Shown here: piece by piece, positions 1 to 9,555 of the stretch | Layout: each line of letters starts with the position of its first letter | Numbering within the stretch: position 1 is the first letter of the stretch | DNA from: a candidate division TA06 bacterium SM23_40 | Lineage (GTDB): Bacteria; LJUI01; SM1-40 | Assembly: GCA_001303705.1 (NCBI GenBank) | Contig: LJUI01000025.1 | Location: forward strand, 1-49,274 | DNA: 49,274 nt | Direction of reading: 5' to 3' | Notes under the pieces: generated by a model | Told to the model about the DNA's origin: nothing | Database searches by the model: none | Seen by the model: only the letters and a program-made list of their open reading frames with translations | Program-made: the position numbers and the translations under genes

Positions 1-1456
1 CGGAACGTGCCGGAGCGATGTCTGTCCCGGCCGGGTCAGCGGTCATCCCTTCATCAAGACTGGCTTTCCCGGGCTCGGCGCCGCCCTTGGGTGGGCCGGC
101 GCCCGCCCCACGATCGACTCCCATGCTGGCGGCAAAGCCGAGCAAGGCCCAGACCGTGAACGCCACTCCCGCGTTTTCCATGTCCCAATCGATGAGGAGA
201 TGGAGGAGGATGGCGACGAGGCCGGCGAGAATGGCCGGCCCTGCGGCACTCATCCATCCCCCAGGGCCCGACCCCCTGCCGGCGAGCGACCTCGCACGGG
301 GCCGGATGCCGGAAGCCAGGCGCGCCATCGACCCGAGGACGAGGATAAGGAAGGCGAGCGCGCCGGGGATCCCGATCCCCACCGCAAGCTCCAGATAGTG
401 GTTGTGTGCAAACCGCGTCTCATCCCGCGCCTCGGGAGACTTCAAGCGGAGATAGATCTCTCGAAATCTCCCCGGACCGTTCCCCAGCACCGGGCGCTGG
501 ATAAGGGCATTCAGGGCTCCACTCCACGTGAGGACCTTCTCCCTCATGGTGGACCGATACCCCGAGACCTCGATGACACGGGCCGGAGTCACCGATGTTT
601 CATCTGATGGGGGCGCCTTCCACACCTCGTTTGCCACCAGGGCGAACGCCACCACACAGAGAAGGCCGAGGAGGAGAGCGCGCTGGACGATCTCCCGCAG
701 CCGACTGCCACGAATCCTGACGGTGAACCAGACGAGGATCACGGCACCTGCCAGGGCGCAGACGATTCCGCCGCGCGAATAGGTTAGGAGAAGGGCGAGA
801 AATGCTGTCGCCGCGATCACTGTAGCCACCCACCTCACCATCCGCCTCGCCGCGGTGAGAGCTCCTGCCATCGCCAGGGGCCATACGAGTCCGATGTACC
901 CGGCAAACCCGTTGGGAGAGCGGAACGTGGAGAATGCCCGCCCTGACTCGATCTGGATCATCATCAGGGAGCGCGCCCATGGATCGATAGATTCAGCTCG
1001 CTCTACCAGGGCGAGCGCGGTCGCGGGAAGGCTCACATAGTGCTGGTACACGCCGTACAGGGAGACGAGCCCCAGTGTCAGCACCAGTGAGCCGACGATG
1101 ACGACACGTTCATTCCGCCGCCACCGCACGTGGGCAATGATAAAAAAGAGGACCCCCAGAGAGACCATCTCTATCGCCTCGATGCTGCTCGCAAACCGAT
1201 CGGCGGAGAGAGACGCAGCGACGACTGTGGATATGAGATAGACGAGCAGGGAGACGTCGAGGACGGCGAGCCTGGGCCTCGGTATGCGGCCATCGACTAT
1301 CGAGAAGGCCCAGCCAACGAAGAGAAGTGTGATCCCGAGCGGCCAGACTTCACGGCCGCCGCTCACCAGCGGAGCGAGCAGAATCAGTCCGGCGAGAATC
1401 GCGACCATCCCCCACCTGTATGCCAAACCGGTCTTCCCCACCAGAACCCTCCTCAC
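1..1456 (-). CDS. O-antigen ligase / O-oligosaccharyltransferase (Wzy_C) family membrane protein, 3' end outside window
   Basis: Not in the ORF track because it runs off the left edge. Manual translation from GTG at 1456 (GTGA overlap with upstream stop 1453-1455) gives MRRVLVGKTGLAYRWGMVAILAGLILLAPLVSGG...RAFSTFRSPNGFAGY...LLLTYSRGG...RPVLGNGPGRF...RFAHNHYLELAVGIGIPG...LLHLLIDW, with many TM segments and the ligase-type T-x-SRGG and AHN motifs. Confidence 0.85.
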   Translation of the reverse strand, partial: MRRVLVGKTGLAYRWGMVAILAGLILLAPLVSGGREVWPLGITLLFVGWAFSIVDGRIPRPRLAVLDVSLLVYLISTVVAASLSADRFASSIEAIEMVSLGVLFFIIAHVRWRRNERVVIVGSLVLTLGLVSLYGVYQHYVSLPATALALVERAESIDPWARSLMMIQIESGRAFSTFRSPNGFAGYIGLVWPLAMAGALTAARRMVRWVATVIAATAFLALLLTYSRGGIVCALAGAVILVWFTVRIRGSRLREIVQRALLLGLLCVVAFALVANEVWKAPPSDETSVTPARVIEVSGYRSTMREKVLTWSGALNALIQRPVLGNGPGRFREIYLRLKSPEARDETRFAHNHYLELAVGIGIPGALAFLILVLGSMARLASGIRPRARSLAGRGSGPGGWMSAAGPAILAGLVAILLHLLIDWDMENAGVAFTVWALLGFAASMGVDRGAGAGPPKGGAEPGKASLDEGMTADPAGTDIAPARS

Positions 1457-2613
1457 CGACGACGCCCTGCTCCCTCCTCTGCCTCAGCATAGAGCGCCTC
1501 GAACCGACGCAGCATCAGTGCGTCCGAGAATTCGTCGACCATCCCCCTCCCCTCCTCACCCATCTTCCGGGCAAGTTCCCGATCTTCGAGCAGGATGAGA
1601 ACCCGCCGGGCCAATGCACCTACATCCCCTGGATCGGCGAGAAAGCCGTTGCGTCCGTCGAGCACCGCCTCCGGCGTCCCGTCGACTCTCGTCGCCACGA
1701 TCGGCTTCGACAGGCACATCGCCTGCGGGCAGACCATGGGCAGTCCCTCCCACAGCGAGGTGAGAAGGAAGACATCGAAACACGAGAGTATCCTCGCCAC
1801 ATCCCGGCGCCACCCGAGCAGATGGATGTTCGAACGGATCCCGAGGTCGTCGATCAGCCACTCCATCTCCCTTCTCAGCTCGCCATCGCCGACAAGGACG
1901 AAATGTGCGTCCGGGCAATGTATGATCACGCGGTGCGCTACGCGCACGAAGTCGAACGGAGCCTTCTGGGGCTTGAGGCAGGAGATTGTGCCGACCGTAG
2001 GAGCTTCGGGCGGAATGCCGAGTTCGCGCTTCACAGACTCCGCGTCGACGTGCACATCACAGAATTCATCCAGAGGTATGCCATTCACGATGACCCGATG
2101 CTGCTCGGGCCGTCCGATCCGCTCTGCGAGCGCGCGCCTCCGATTCGCCTGCGACACGGGAACGAGGAAGTCCGCGCAGCTCGCGGCCACCCGCTCCGCC
2201 GCCACCAGCAGGCGGTTCACGAGAGTCGGCTGGCTGTCGGTAAACCCGAATCCATAGTAGGTGTGGACTATGGCACGGACACCGGCGAGGCGAGCCGCGA
2301 TCCTTCCGAGCACACCCGCCTTGGAGCTGTGTGTGTGGACGAGATCGAACCCTCCGGCCCGGAACAGGCGCCGGAGCCCGATCAGAGCTCGCAGGTCACG
2401 CAACGGGCTGATCTCGCGCACGAGTGTCGGAAGGAAGATGACCTCAACACCATCGAGACGCTTTGCCTCTTCATCGAGCAAGCCCCCGCACCCGGCGATG
2501 AGGGTCACCTCGAACCTGGGCCGCGGGAGTTCCCGGCAGAGAAAGAGGACCACTTGCTGTGCGCCCCCGAGTTCGAGCTTTGTGACGACCTCGCAGACAC
2601 GCACGGTCTTCAC
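1453..2613 (-). CDS. Glycosyltransferase family 4 (GT-B)
   Basis: GGAQ, VHTHSSKAG, KPQK, SLWEGLP motifs. Start moved to GTG 2613 (GTGA overlap with upstream stop 2610-2612). Confidence 0.9.
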   Translation of the reverse strand: MKTVRVCEVVTKLELGGAQQVVLFLCRELPRPRFEVTLIAGCGGLLDEEAKRLDGVEVIFLPTLVREISPLRDLRALIGLRRLFRAGGFDLVHTHSSKAGVLGRIAARLAGVRAIVHTYYGFGFTDSQPTLVNRLLVAAERVAASCADFLVPVSQANRRRALAERIGRPEQHRVIVNGIPLDEFCDVHVDAESVKRELGIPPEAPTVGTISCLKPQKAPFDFVRVAHRVIIHCPDAHFVLVGDGELRREMEWLIDDLGIRSNIHLLGWRRDVARILSCFDVFLLTSLWEGLPMVCPQAMCLSKPIVATRVDGTPEAVLDGRNGFLADPGDVGALARRVLILLEDRELARKMGEEGRGMVDEFSDALMLRRFEALYAEAEEGAGRRR

Positions 2614-3920
2614 CCCGCTGGCGAGAAGAGGCGTTCGACCAATCGCTCCGCGTCGTTGGAGCAGTCTTCCATCGAGGCGTATGTCCACGCCCCGAACCGT
2701 CCGAGGAGGTCGATCGAATGCCCGGAGGTAAACCGCCTGATCGCCTCCACCGCGGGCCGGCGTCGACGATCGAAGACGACATACGCATAGGGAAGCCGCA
2801 GCACCACCGTCGTCAGGATCTGGTCGTCCGGACGGAGGATCCCCATCGCCACCAGATCCTCCCGGGCCTTGTGTACAGCCGCACCCTCGTCGGGGGGATC
2901 ATCGGGCAGATACGATATCTCAGTATAGATGGAACTCGTCCCTTCCGGGGCCATCGATGAGGAGAAGGAGCCGGGAAACCCCACGCGATAGAAGGAGAAT
3001 CTATCTTCGGGAACATAGATCCAGTGGCGGTCGGAGAGATGGTGTCTGGCGATTCCGAAGTTGATGTTGAGGACTGAGACCCACCGGAGCTCACGCGCGG
3101 CCGCGAGGAGATCTTCCGGGACGTCCTCGATCATCTCCACCAGCTCCGGGAGGGGGATCGTCGAGATCAGCCGGTCGTACCCCACCCGCGATCCGTCCGC
3201 GAACTCGACCTCCCGGCTCCCGCACCGAACCGCGCTGGCCTGCTTCCCGAGCTCGATCCTTCCGGAGAGCGCGCGTGCCAGAGTCCGCGGCAGGATAGCG
3301 ATCCCCCCTGAGCGCGGGTAGAAGAACGTCGCGTTATACCCCAGAGTCGTCGGATCGTTGCTGACCGCTCCCCTGATCACCTCCTCCAGGCTGGGCCGGG
3401 GAATGAACCGATCGAGCCACTCGGTTGTCATATCGCGCGGATGGGTCTTCCACAGCTTCTGGTTATACGGGATCATGAAGTGCCGGGCGATGCCCGAGCC
3501 GAACTGGCGATTGATCCAATCATAGAAGCTCTCATCCTCTCCGGCCGGTTCGCCACGGGCCCGGAGGAAGCCAACCAGACATTCAGTCACGACATCCGCC
3601 GGGAGGCCGTATGTGTGGCACTGGAAGGGATAGCGCGTGAACGCCCCCTTCGAGTAGATCCAGGCGTTGCGCTCGTGTTCGGTGAGCTCGTCTCCGAGCA
3701 GCTCCAGGAAGAACCTGCGTCCCTGTTTCGTGCGGAGATGGAGGAGGTGTCCGGTATGGTCGAAGGTGAACCCGTCCCCGGCCACTGACCGGCACAACCC
3801 CCCGACGTGCGGTGAGCGCTCGAATATGAAGAATTCGGCCTCGGGGTCCCGCCGCAGGAGTTGGTACCCGGCGGCAAGCCCTGAGATCCCCCCACCAAGT
3901 ATCACCACTCGTTCGGACAT
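2610..3920 (-). CDS. FAD-dependent oxidoreductase, UDP-galactopyranose mutase-like (eukaryote-type UGM fold)
   Basis: GGGISG dinucleotide motif, VGGLCRS, FDHTGH, YPFQ, PYNQKLW, NATFFYPRSGG, WIYVPED..FYR, GRFGAWTY. ATG 3920 has GGAG upstream. Confidence 0.75.
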   Translation of the reverse strand: MSERVVILGGGISGLAAGYQLLRRDPEAEFFIFERSPHVGGLCRSVAGDGFTFDHTGHLLHLRTKQGRRFFLELLGDELTEHERNAWIYSKGAFTRYPFQCHTYGLPADVVTECLVGFLRARGEPAGEDESFYDWINRQFGSGIARHFMIPYNQKLWKTHPRDMTTEWLDRFIPRPSLEEVIRGAVSNDPTTLGYNATFFYPRSGGIAILPRTLARALSGRIELGKQASAVRCGSREVEFADGSRVGYDRLISTIPLPELVEMIEDVPEDLLAAARELRWVSVLNINFGIARHHLSDRHWIYVPEDRFSFYRVGFPGSFSSSMAPEGTSSIYTEISYLPDDPPDEGAAVHKAREDLVAMGILRPDDQILTTVVLRLPYAYVVFDRRRRPAVEAIRRFTSGHSIDLLGRFGAWTYASMEDCSNDAERLVERLFSPAG

Positions 3921-3933
3921 TGGTGGCTCCCAT

Positions 3934-4929
3934 TCACAGGCCGACATCGATCCGCTGCAGCAGATGCGCGCAGACGAGGAGCCCGAGCGCGAGGACGAGG
4001 AGCAGATAGGTCCCGATCAGATCCGAGGCGTAGGTGAGCCCGATCCCGCAGGCACCGAGGATCACACAGACGACGTAACTCAGTAACACGGTGCGCCGTT
4101 TCGAGAATGCCCAGCGCCTCAGGCGGAGCGCGAAATGGTCCTTGCTCCCAAGAAAGACCGGCTGACCGCGCATCCTCCGTACGTGCATCACGAACAGCAG
4201 GTCGAAGATGGGGACGCCCAGGATGATGAGGGGAGCGAGGAACCCGATCTGATTGACCCGCGTATAGCTCCCGATCATGGCGAGCGACCCCAGGAGGAGG
4301 CCGACGAAGAGGCTGCCAGTATCGCCCATGTAGATCGTCGCCGGCTCGAAGTTGTAGAACAGGAATCCGGCCAGAGCGCCTGCCAGGGCGAGAGCCATCG
4401 TCGCGATCATCGGCCGTCCGTTCATGAGCGCTACGACGAACAGGGCCAGGGCCGCGATCGCCGCTACCCCCGCCGCCAGGCCATCCATCACATCGATAAT
4501 ATTGAACGCGTTAGTGATCACCAGTATCCAGAGGAAGCTCAACGGTAGAGCCATCCAGAGCGGGAGATAGACGAGTTCGATCATGATGCCGGACTTGAGG
4601 AGCACGATGGCGGCGAGGCACTGGCCGGCCAGCTTCACTGCGGGACGCATCGCGCGCAGATCATCGAGCAGCCCGACGACGATGACGATGGCCCCGGCGA
4701 GAAGGATGCCGAGGACCTCACGATCGAACTCGAAAGTCACGGCAAGGGCGACGAGAACCGCGGCGTAGATGGCAAGGCCGCCGAGATAGGGAATCGGCCG
4801 CTGTTGTTCCTTGAGCTTTCCATCCGGGGCATCGACGATGCCGAAGCGCAGCGCCGCACTCCTGGCGATGGGCGTTCCGTAGGCAGAGACGAGGACTGCG
4901 AGCAGAAATGTGAGCGGGTACTGGATCAC
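3934..4929 (-). CDS. wecA: Undecaprenyl-phosphate alpha-N-acetylhexosaminyl-1-phosphate transferase (WecA/MraY family)
   Basis: PYLGGLAI, GLLDD, NAFNIIDVMDGLAAG, NFEPATIYMGDTGS motifs; polytopic membrane protein. Confidence 0.88.
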   Translation of the reverse strand: MIQYPLTFLLAVLVSAYGTPIARSAALRFGIVDAPDGKLKEQQRPIPYLGGLAIYAAVLVALAVTFEFDREVLGILLAGAIVIVVGLLDDLRAMRPAVKLAGQCLAAIVLLKSGIMIELVYLPLWMALPLSFLWILVITNAFNIIDVMDGLAAGVAAIAALALFVVALMNGRPMIATMALALAGALAGFLFYNFEPATIYMGDTGSLFVGLLLGSLAMIGSYTRVNQIGFLAPLIILGVPIFDLLFVMHVRRMRGQPVFLGSKDHFALRLRRWAFSKRRTVLLSYVVCVILGACGIGLTYASDLIGTYLLLVLALGLLVCAHLLQRIDVGL

Positions 4930-6137
4930 GTTCCCTCCCCCCGCGGCTCGATCCCACGCACGTCCTCGGCGTGGCTCCTCCTGGCCTTCTCTCCGGAGAG
5001 CGATCGATAGAGCGACTCCAGCCGGGCAGCGGTCTTCTCTATCCCGAACGAGGCCTCGACGCGACGACGCCCCTCTTCCCCCATCATGTCACATTGCTGC
5101 CGATCAGACAAGAGGCGAACCATCGCCCGGGCCAGTGCCGGCGCATCGCAGGGGGGTACGAGCATCCCGGTGAGGCCGTCCTCTATGATCTCGGGGATCC
5201 CTCCCACGTTCGTCGCGACCACCGGCTTCCGGGAAGCCATCGCCTCAAGGAGGACGATTCCGAATCCTTCCCGCCGTGAAGGGAGCACGGCGAGATCGAA
5301 GGCAGCCATCATCCGCGGTACTTCGTCCTGCGTAGAGTCGAAGATCACCCGATCCGATATACCCACCTCGCGCGCTATCCTCTCCAGCTCGGGGCGGCAG
5401 GGGCCCTCGCCGACAATGACGAAGTACGCCCGGGGAAATGCCTCCGCCACCTCCCCGGCAGCGGCCAGGAAGAGATCTTGCCCCTTCTCGGGCAGGGCGA
5501 GCCTTCCCACTACTCCCGCGACCAGGGCATCGGACGGGATCCCCCACCTCTCCCGCCACACACTCCCGTCGGGAGGGAGGGCGAAGCGGTCGAGATCGAC
5601 GCCATTATGCAATACCGATGAGTGCCTCCGGTCGGCACCCATCACGTCGACCGCGTAGTCCCGAACTGACTCCGAACAGCCGGTCACATGGTCGGCACAA
5701 TGTACAGTCGTCCGCTCGAGGAGAAGGTGGTACCAGCGCATCCAGATCTCAGTACCGTGCTGGGAGGAGATGATGATCGGCACACGGAGCAGCCGACCCA
5801 CCAGTCTGGAAATGAGGTTCGCCAGATACAGGTGCGAGTGGACGATGTCGTATCGCTCCCTCCTGATGAAAGACGCAAAGCGGCTGATGACGCGAGGATC
5901 GAATCTCCCCTTCCCCCCGAGCGCCACGACCTTCACTCCTCGCCGGGCCAGCCGATCGCCGATCGGACCCCACCCCTTGAGCGAACAGACCGTCACGTCA
6001 TATGCCTCCCGGTCGAGCCGCGGCACCAGATCGGCGATGAGCGACTCCGCGCCTCCGATCGTCAGCCCCACCAGCACATGGAGGACCCTAGTCTTCCTCT
6101 TCGGTGATGCGCGGCCATCATCGCCTTGACGGGCCAT
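4926..6137 (-). CDS. Glycosyltransferase family 4
   Basis: IGGAE, VGRLALPEKG, PSRREGFGIVLLEAMA (ExFGxxxxE) motifs. Confidence 0.92.
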   Translation of the reverse strand: MARQGDDGRASPKRKTRVLHVLVGLTIGGAESLIADLVPRLDREAYDVTVCSLKGWGPIGDRLARRGVKVVALGGKGRFDPRVISRFASFIRRERYDIVHSHLYLANLISRLVGRLLRVPIIISSQHGTEIWMRWYHLLLERTTVHCADHVTGCSESVRDYAVDVMGADRRHSSVLHNGVDLDRFALPPDGSVWRERWGIPSDALVAGVVGRLALPEKGQDLFLAAAGEVAEAFPRAYFVIVGEGPCRPELERIAREVGISDRVIFDSTQDEVPRMMAAFDLAVLPSRREGFGIVLLEAMASRKPVVATNVGGIPEIIEDGLTGMLVPPCDAPALARAMVRLLSDRQQCDMMGEEGRRRVEASFGIEKTAARLESLYRSLSGEKARRSHAEDVRGIEPRGEGT

Positions 6138-6140
6138 GCC

Positions 6141-7256
6141 TCATCCCCTCGCTGCTGCCCTGGCGAAGACATCCAGGGTCTCGCTCGCTGCACGATCCCA
6201 GGAGAACGCACTCACCCTCCGCTCCCCCTGCGCTATCAGATGACGGCGCAGCGCCTCATCGGTATGGACGAGCCACATCGCGTCGGCAAGGGCCTCGACG
6301 TCGTAGGGATCGACCAGTATCCCACTGCCGCCCACGACTTCGGGGAGCGACGATGCCCGGGAGGCGATAACCGGAGTGCGACCGGCCATGGCCTCCAACA
6401 GAGGCAGGCCGAATCCCTCGTACAGCGAGTTGAGCACGAACATCCTGGCTCCTGCGTACAGCGCATGAAGGTCGTCATCATGCACGTACCCGGTAAAGAT
6501 GATTTCACCTTTCATATCGAGACGGCGGCAGGTTTCCGTCACATCCCGGGACCGCCAGCCCGGCCGGCCGGCGACGACGAGCTGGAGCTGCGGCCCGCGA
6601 TCGGCCAGGAGTCTGGCGAACGCTTGTACGAGCCGGCCGAGATTCTTGCGCGGAGCAATCGTCCCCACGCTCAATATGAACGGCTTCGCGATGCCCAATC
6701 TCTCCTTCAGTGAGGCGAGACGATCCTCGTCTGGCGGCGCCCGGTACCGATCGTCGATCGCCGCGTGGATCACATCGATCTTGGAGGCGGAGCGCGGGTA
6801 CAGATTCACGACATCCCGCGCCGTGCTCTTCGAGATGCAGATAAGCCTCCGAGCCCTGCGGACGGCGCGGTCGAGCCACCACCGCTGCGAGAACCGCTCT
6901 CCCAGCCCGTACCCCTCAGGAACCGCGCGCCAGCAGAGGTCATAGAGTGTCACCACGAGCGGGCACTTGATCAACAGAGGATAGGCGGGGAAGGGCGAGT
7001 GGAAGACATCGATCCTGTCACGCGCGATCTCGCGGGGGAGCCAGGTCTGCCTCCACATATCTGACCGGAGCCAACCGCCGCCGGCCTTCATCACGCACTC
7101 GCCAGGCGTGTCGAGCTCGGGAGCGGGTGCCTGCGCGTACAGGTAATAGCGATGGGCCCGGTCGCTCCGTGCGAGGGCCTCGATCAGCCGTGCGATGTAC
7201 GTTTCCACGCCGGTCTTCGCCCCGGCCAGGATTGCGATGTCAATGCCTACTCTCAC
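6141..7256 (-). CDS. Glycosyltransferase family 4, MtfB/WbaZ mannosyltransferase-like
   Basis: [44 protein letters not shown] motifs. Confidence 0.92.
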   Translation of the reverse strand: MRVGIDIAILAGAKTGVETYIARLIEALARSDRAHRYYLYAQAPAPELDTPGECVMKAGGGWLRSDMWRQTWLPREIARDRIDVFHSPFPAYPLLIKCPLVVTLYDLCWRAVPEGYGLGERFSQRWWLDRAVRRARRLICISKSTARDVVNLYPRSASKIDVIHAAIDDRYRAPPDEDRLASLKERLGIAKPFILSVGTIAPRKNLGRLVQAFARLLADRGPQLQLVVAGRPGWRSRDVTETCRRLDMKGEIIFTGYVHDDDLHALYAGARMFVLNSLYEGFGLPLLEAMAGRTPVIASRASSLPEVVGGSGILVDPYDVEALADAMWLVHTDEALRRHLIAQGERRVSAFSWDRAASETLDVFARAAARG

Positions 7257-7280
7257 AAGCGCTTCACCCGCTTTGCGGTT

Positions 7281-8287
7281 TCATGCCGGCCCTCGCACGC
7301 TTCGACGGGGATGGCGCCCGGCAATGGCGGCGAGCGTGCCGGCATACCTCGACAGCCTGTTCTGCGCGTACTCCCTCCGCCCCGGCGAGATGAGCAGCAG
7401 GAACACGAAGGGCGTTTTGACGGCGATCTCCAGAACCAGCATCAGGCTGAGCAGGACGCGCTGGACGAGGTTCCGGTGCTTGCGGAAGAAGAGGAGATGA
7501 CCCCGAAACACCTCGACCTCGAGCGCTCCCGGAATCTGGCGCGTGCTCGATCCCTGCCTGTGGACTACTCGCACCTGGGGAAGGTAGTACACGCGCCAAC
7601 CGTTCTGCCTGGCACGATACAGAGATCCACATCCTCCCCGAAGATGAAGTAGTCCTCGTCGAGCCCCCCTAGTGACTCCAGTATCTCCCGTCTGGCGAGG
7701 AGGCATGCCCCGGTCACCCAGTCGACCTCGACCGCATCGGCGTCGTCGAACGCTGACGGCACGATGTTCCTCGATAGCCCGCGGCCGGGGTGCACCACCT
7801 CGAGCCGCGAGAGAAAGAAGAACATGTTCAGCAGCGATGGAAATCTGTGGCCCCATGGCTGTGACTGCCCGCCGGGATCGACGAGCGCCGCGCCCGCAAC
7901 GCCCGCCTGCGGACAGGACCCGATGAATTCGACCATCGCACGAAGCGATGGGCCGTCGATCTGGGCGTCGGGATTGAGCAGTAGCACCCACGCCCCCCGC
8001 GCGCGTCTCAGTCCCTGGTTTGCTGCGGCCGCGAACCCGAGATTCCGGCGATTGGCGATCACCTCCACATCGGGGAACGACTCTCTCACCGCATCGGGGC
8101 TCCCGTCAGTCGAGCCGTTGTCCACGACGATGGCCTGGCACTGCATCCCTGCGGGAGCGGCCCCGAGGGAAGCGAGCGACGACAGGAGGAGGTCGCGGAC
8201 GTTCCAGCTCACGATGATCACCGACACGACCTCTTCCTCATACCGGTCGGGCGAGGCCGGACCCACGAGCTCGCTATCGAACTCCAC
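7281..8287 (-). pseudogene. Glycosyltransferase family 2 (WbbL/rhamnosyl- or galactofuranosyltransferase-like), split by a 1-nt frameshift near 7620 (true pseudogene or sequence error)
   Basis: N-part (ORF 7565..8287): VSVIIVSWN, VVDNGSTDGS, NLGFAAAAN, LLNPD, DWVTGACLL, FGEDVDLC. The C-part continues in another frame (ORF 7281..7991): YRARQNGWRVYYLPQVRVVHRQGSS...LLFFRKH. Minus-strand junction reads CTC TG TAT CGT GCC, one base short. Confidence 0.85.
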
Positions 8288-9497
8288 TCTTTTTCACCTC
8301 GGCTGACACGAGCGCCCGGCCATCGAGACGCGCCAGCTCCCTGTCGATGATTGCCATCGCGCTCTCGACGCGGTCATCCCAGGTGTTCGCAGCGGCAAAT
8401 CGCCTCCGCGCCTCCCGCTCTTCCTCGCCTTGCTCGGCCAGCGCCCGCCGTATCTGTTGGGCAAACTCATCTGCTCCCAGAGCAAGGCGAACGTGGGGGC
8501 GGAACGATTCCAGCTCCGGGAGCCTCGTCGCCACGACGGGCCTGCCGGCTGCGAGATACTCGAACACCTTGACCGGGTTCGTCCGCTCTGTCACAGGAGT
8601 GATCTTGAACGGCACGAGGCAGACATCGAATGAATGGACATACTGCGGAATGAGACCGTACGGCCTTTCTCCCAGCGCGTACCCATTTCCGAGACGGCTG
8701 AGGCGGGACGTATCTGCATGTCGTTCCGGACCGACGAGGACGAAGGACCACTCGGGATGAGTGCGCGCCAGCACCTCGAGGAGCTCCAGATCGATCCATT
8801 CGAACACCGATCCCACATACCCCACGATCGGACGTGGTATGTTGGCGATGTCGAGCGGCGGCGAGCCTGCCGGCGCAGAGAAATGATCGACATCGGCGGC
8901 GTTCGGGAGAAGGTAGGTGTGCGGGTTTGTCCGCCGACACTGGTCGTATAGGCCGCGCGCCGTGGCAACGACGAAATCAGCCCTTCGCGCGAGCTCGTCC
9001 ACACCTTCCATCTCGCGCCTCAGATACGGATATTCAAACGAGGCGTAGTCGTCAAGGCAGTCGAAGCAGACGATTCGTTCATCCAGGTGTCCGATGTACG
9101 GCCGACCGAGCGGGGTGGTTATCCAGAGCACCGACCCGCGAAAGCCGAGCCGGCCCACGAGCTGCGCGAGCCTGCTCTGTAGCCACCGCACATTGAGCGC
9201 GTACAGACGCGGGAAGAGTCTCTGGAAAGGAAAGAGAAAGGGCGAGAAGATGATGATCCGAGGACCGAGAGTGCGCAGACCCCGCAGTCGTCTGAGTGCC
9301 TGCCGGGGCCTGGTAACGAGCGTGCGGCACCACCACCACCAGGTACAGGCAGGCTCGATGAAGAGTACCCTGGTGCGGGTTGCGAACCCGAGCGCCAGGT
9401 GGTGATGGCGGTGGCGGAGAAACTGCCAGTCGACACCCGAGAAGATGATGATCGGTGCAGAGGTCGGGCCGCAGCACCACGCCCCGCCAGAACGCAT
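8274..9497 (-). CDS. Glycosyltransferase, TuaH-like GT-B
   Basis: DWQFLRHRHHHL, FDCLDD, PNAAD, VGYVGSVFEWID, NPVKVFEYLAAGRPVV. Start taken at ATG 9497 to avoid overlap with wzx. Confidence 0.85.
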   Translation of the reverse strand: MRSGGAWCCGPTSAPIIIFSGVDWQFLRHRHHHLALGFATRTRVLFIEPACTWWWWCRTLVTRPRQALRRLRGLRTLGPRIIIFSPFLFPFQRLFPRLYALNVRWLQSRLAQLVGRLGFRGSVLWITTPLGRPYIGHLDERIVCFDCLDDYASFEYPYLRREMEGVDELARRADFVVATARGLYDQCRRTNPHTYLLPNAADVDHFSAPAGSPPLDIANIPRPIVGYVGSVFEWIDLELLEVLARTHPEWSFVLVGPERHADTSRLSRLGNGYALGERPYGLIPQYVHSFDVCLVPFKITPVTERTNPVKVFEYLAAGRPVVATRLPELESFRPHVRLALGADEFAQQIRRALAEQGEEEREARRRFAAANTWDDRVESAMAIIDRELARLDGRALVSAEVKKSGVR

Positions 9498-9555
9498 TGA
9501 GCGATCCCGCGGTCGCCCCCTCTTTGTGGGACCTGGGTACTCCCTGCGCAATCTC

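Noticed and set aside
1420-2790. 456-aa plus-strand ORF
   Set aside because: Antisense shadow of a clear GT4 gene; no motifs; expected in high-GC DNA
9330-9341. (TGG)4 encoding WWWW in the TuaH-like GT
   Set aside because: Short, in-frame triplet run; no evidence of phase variation
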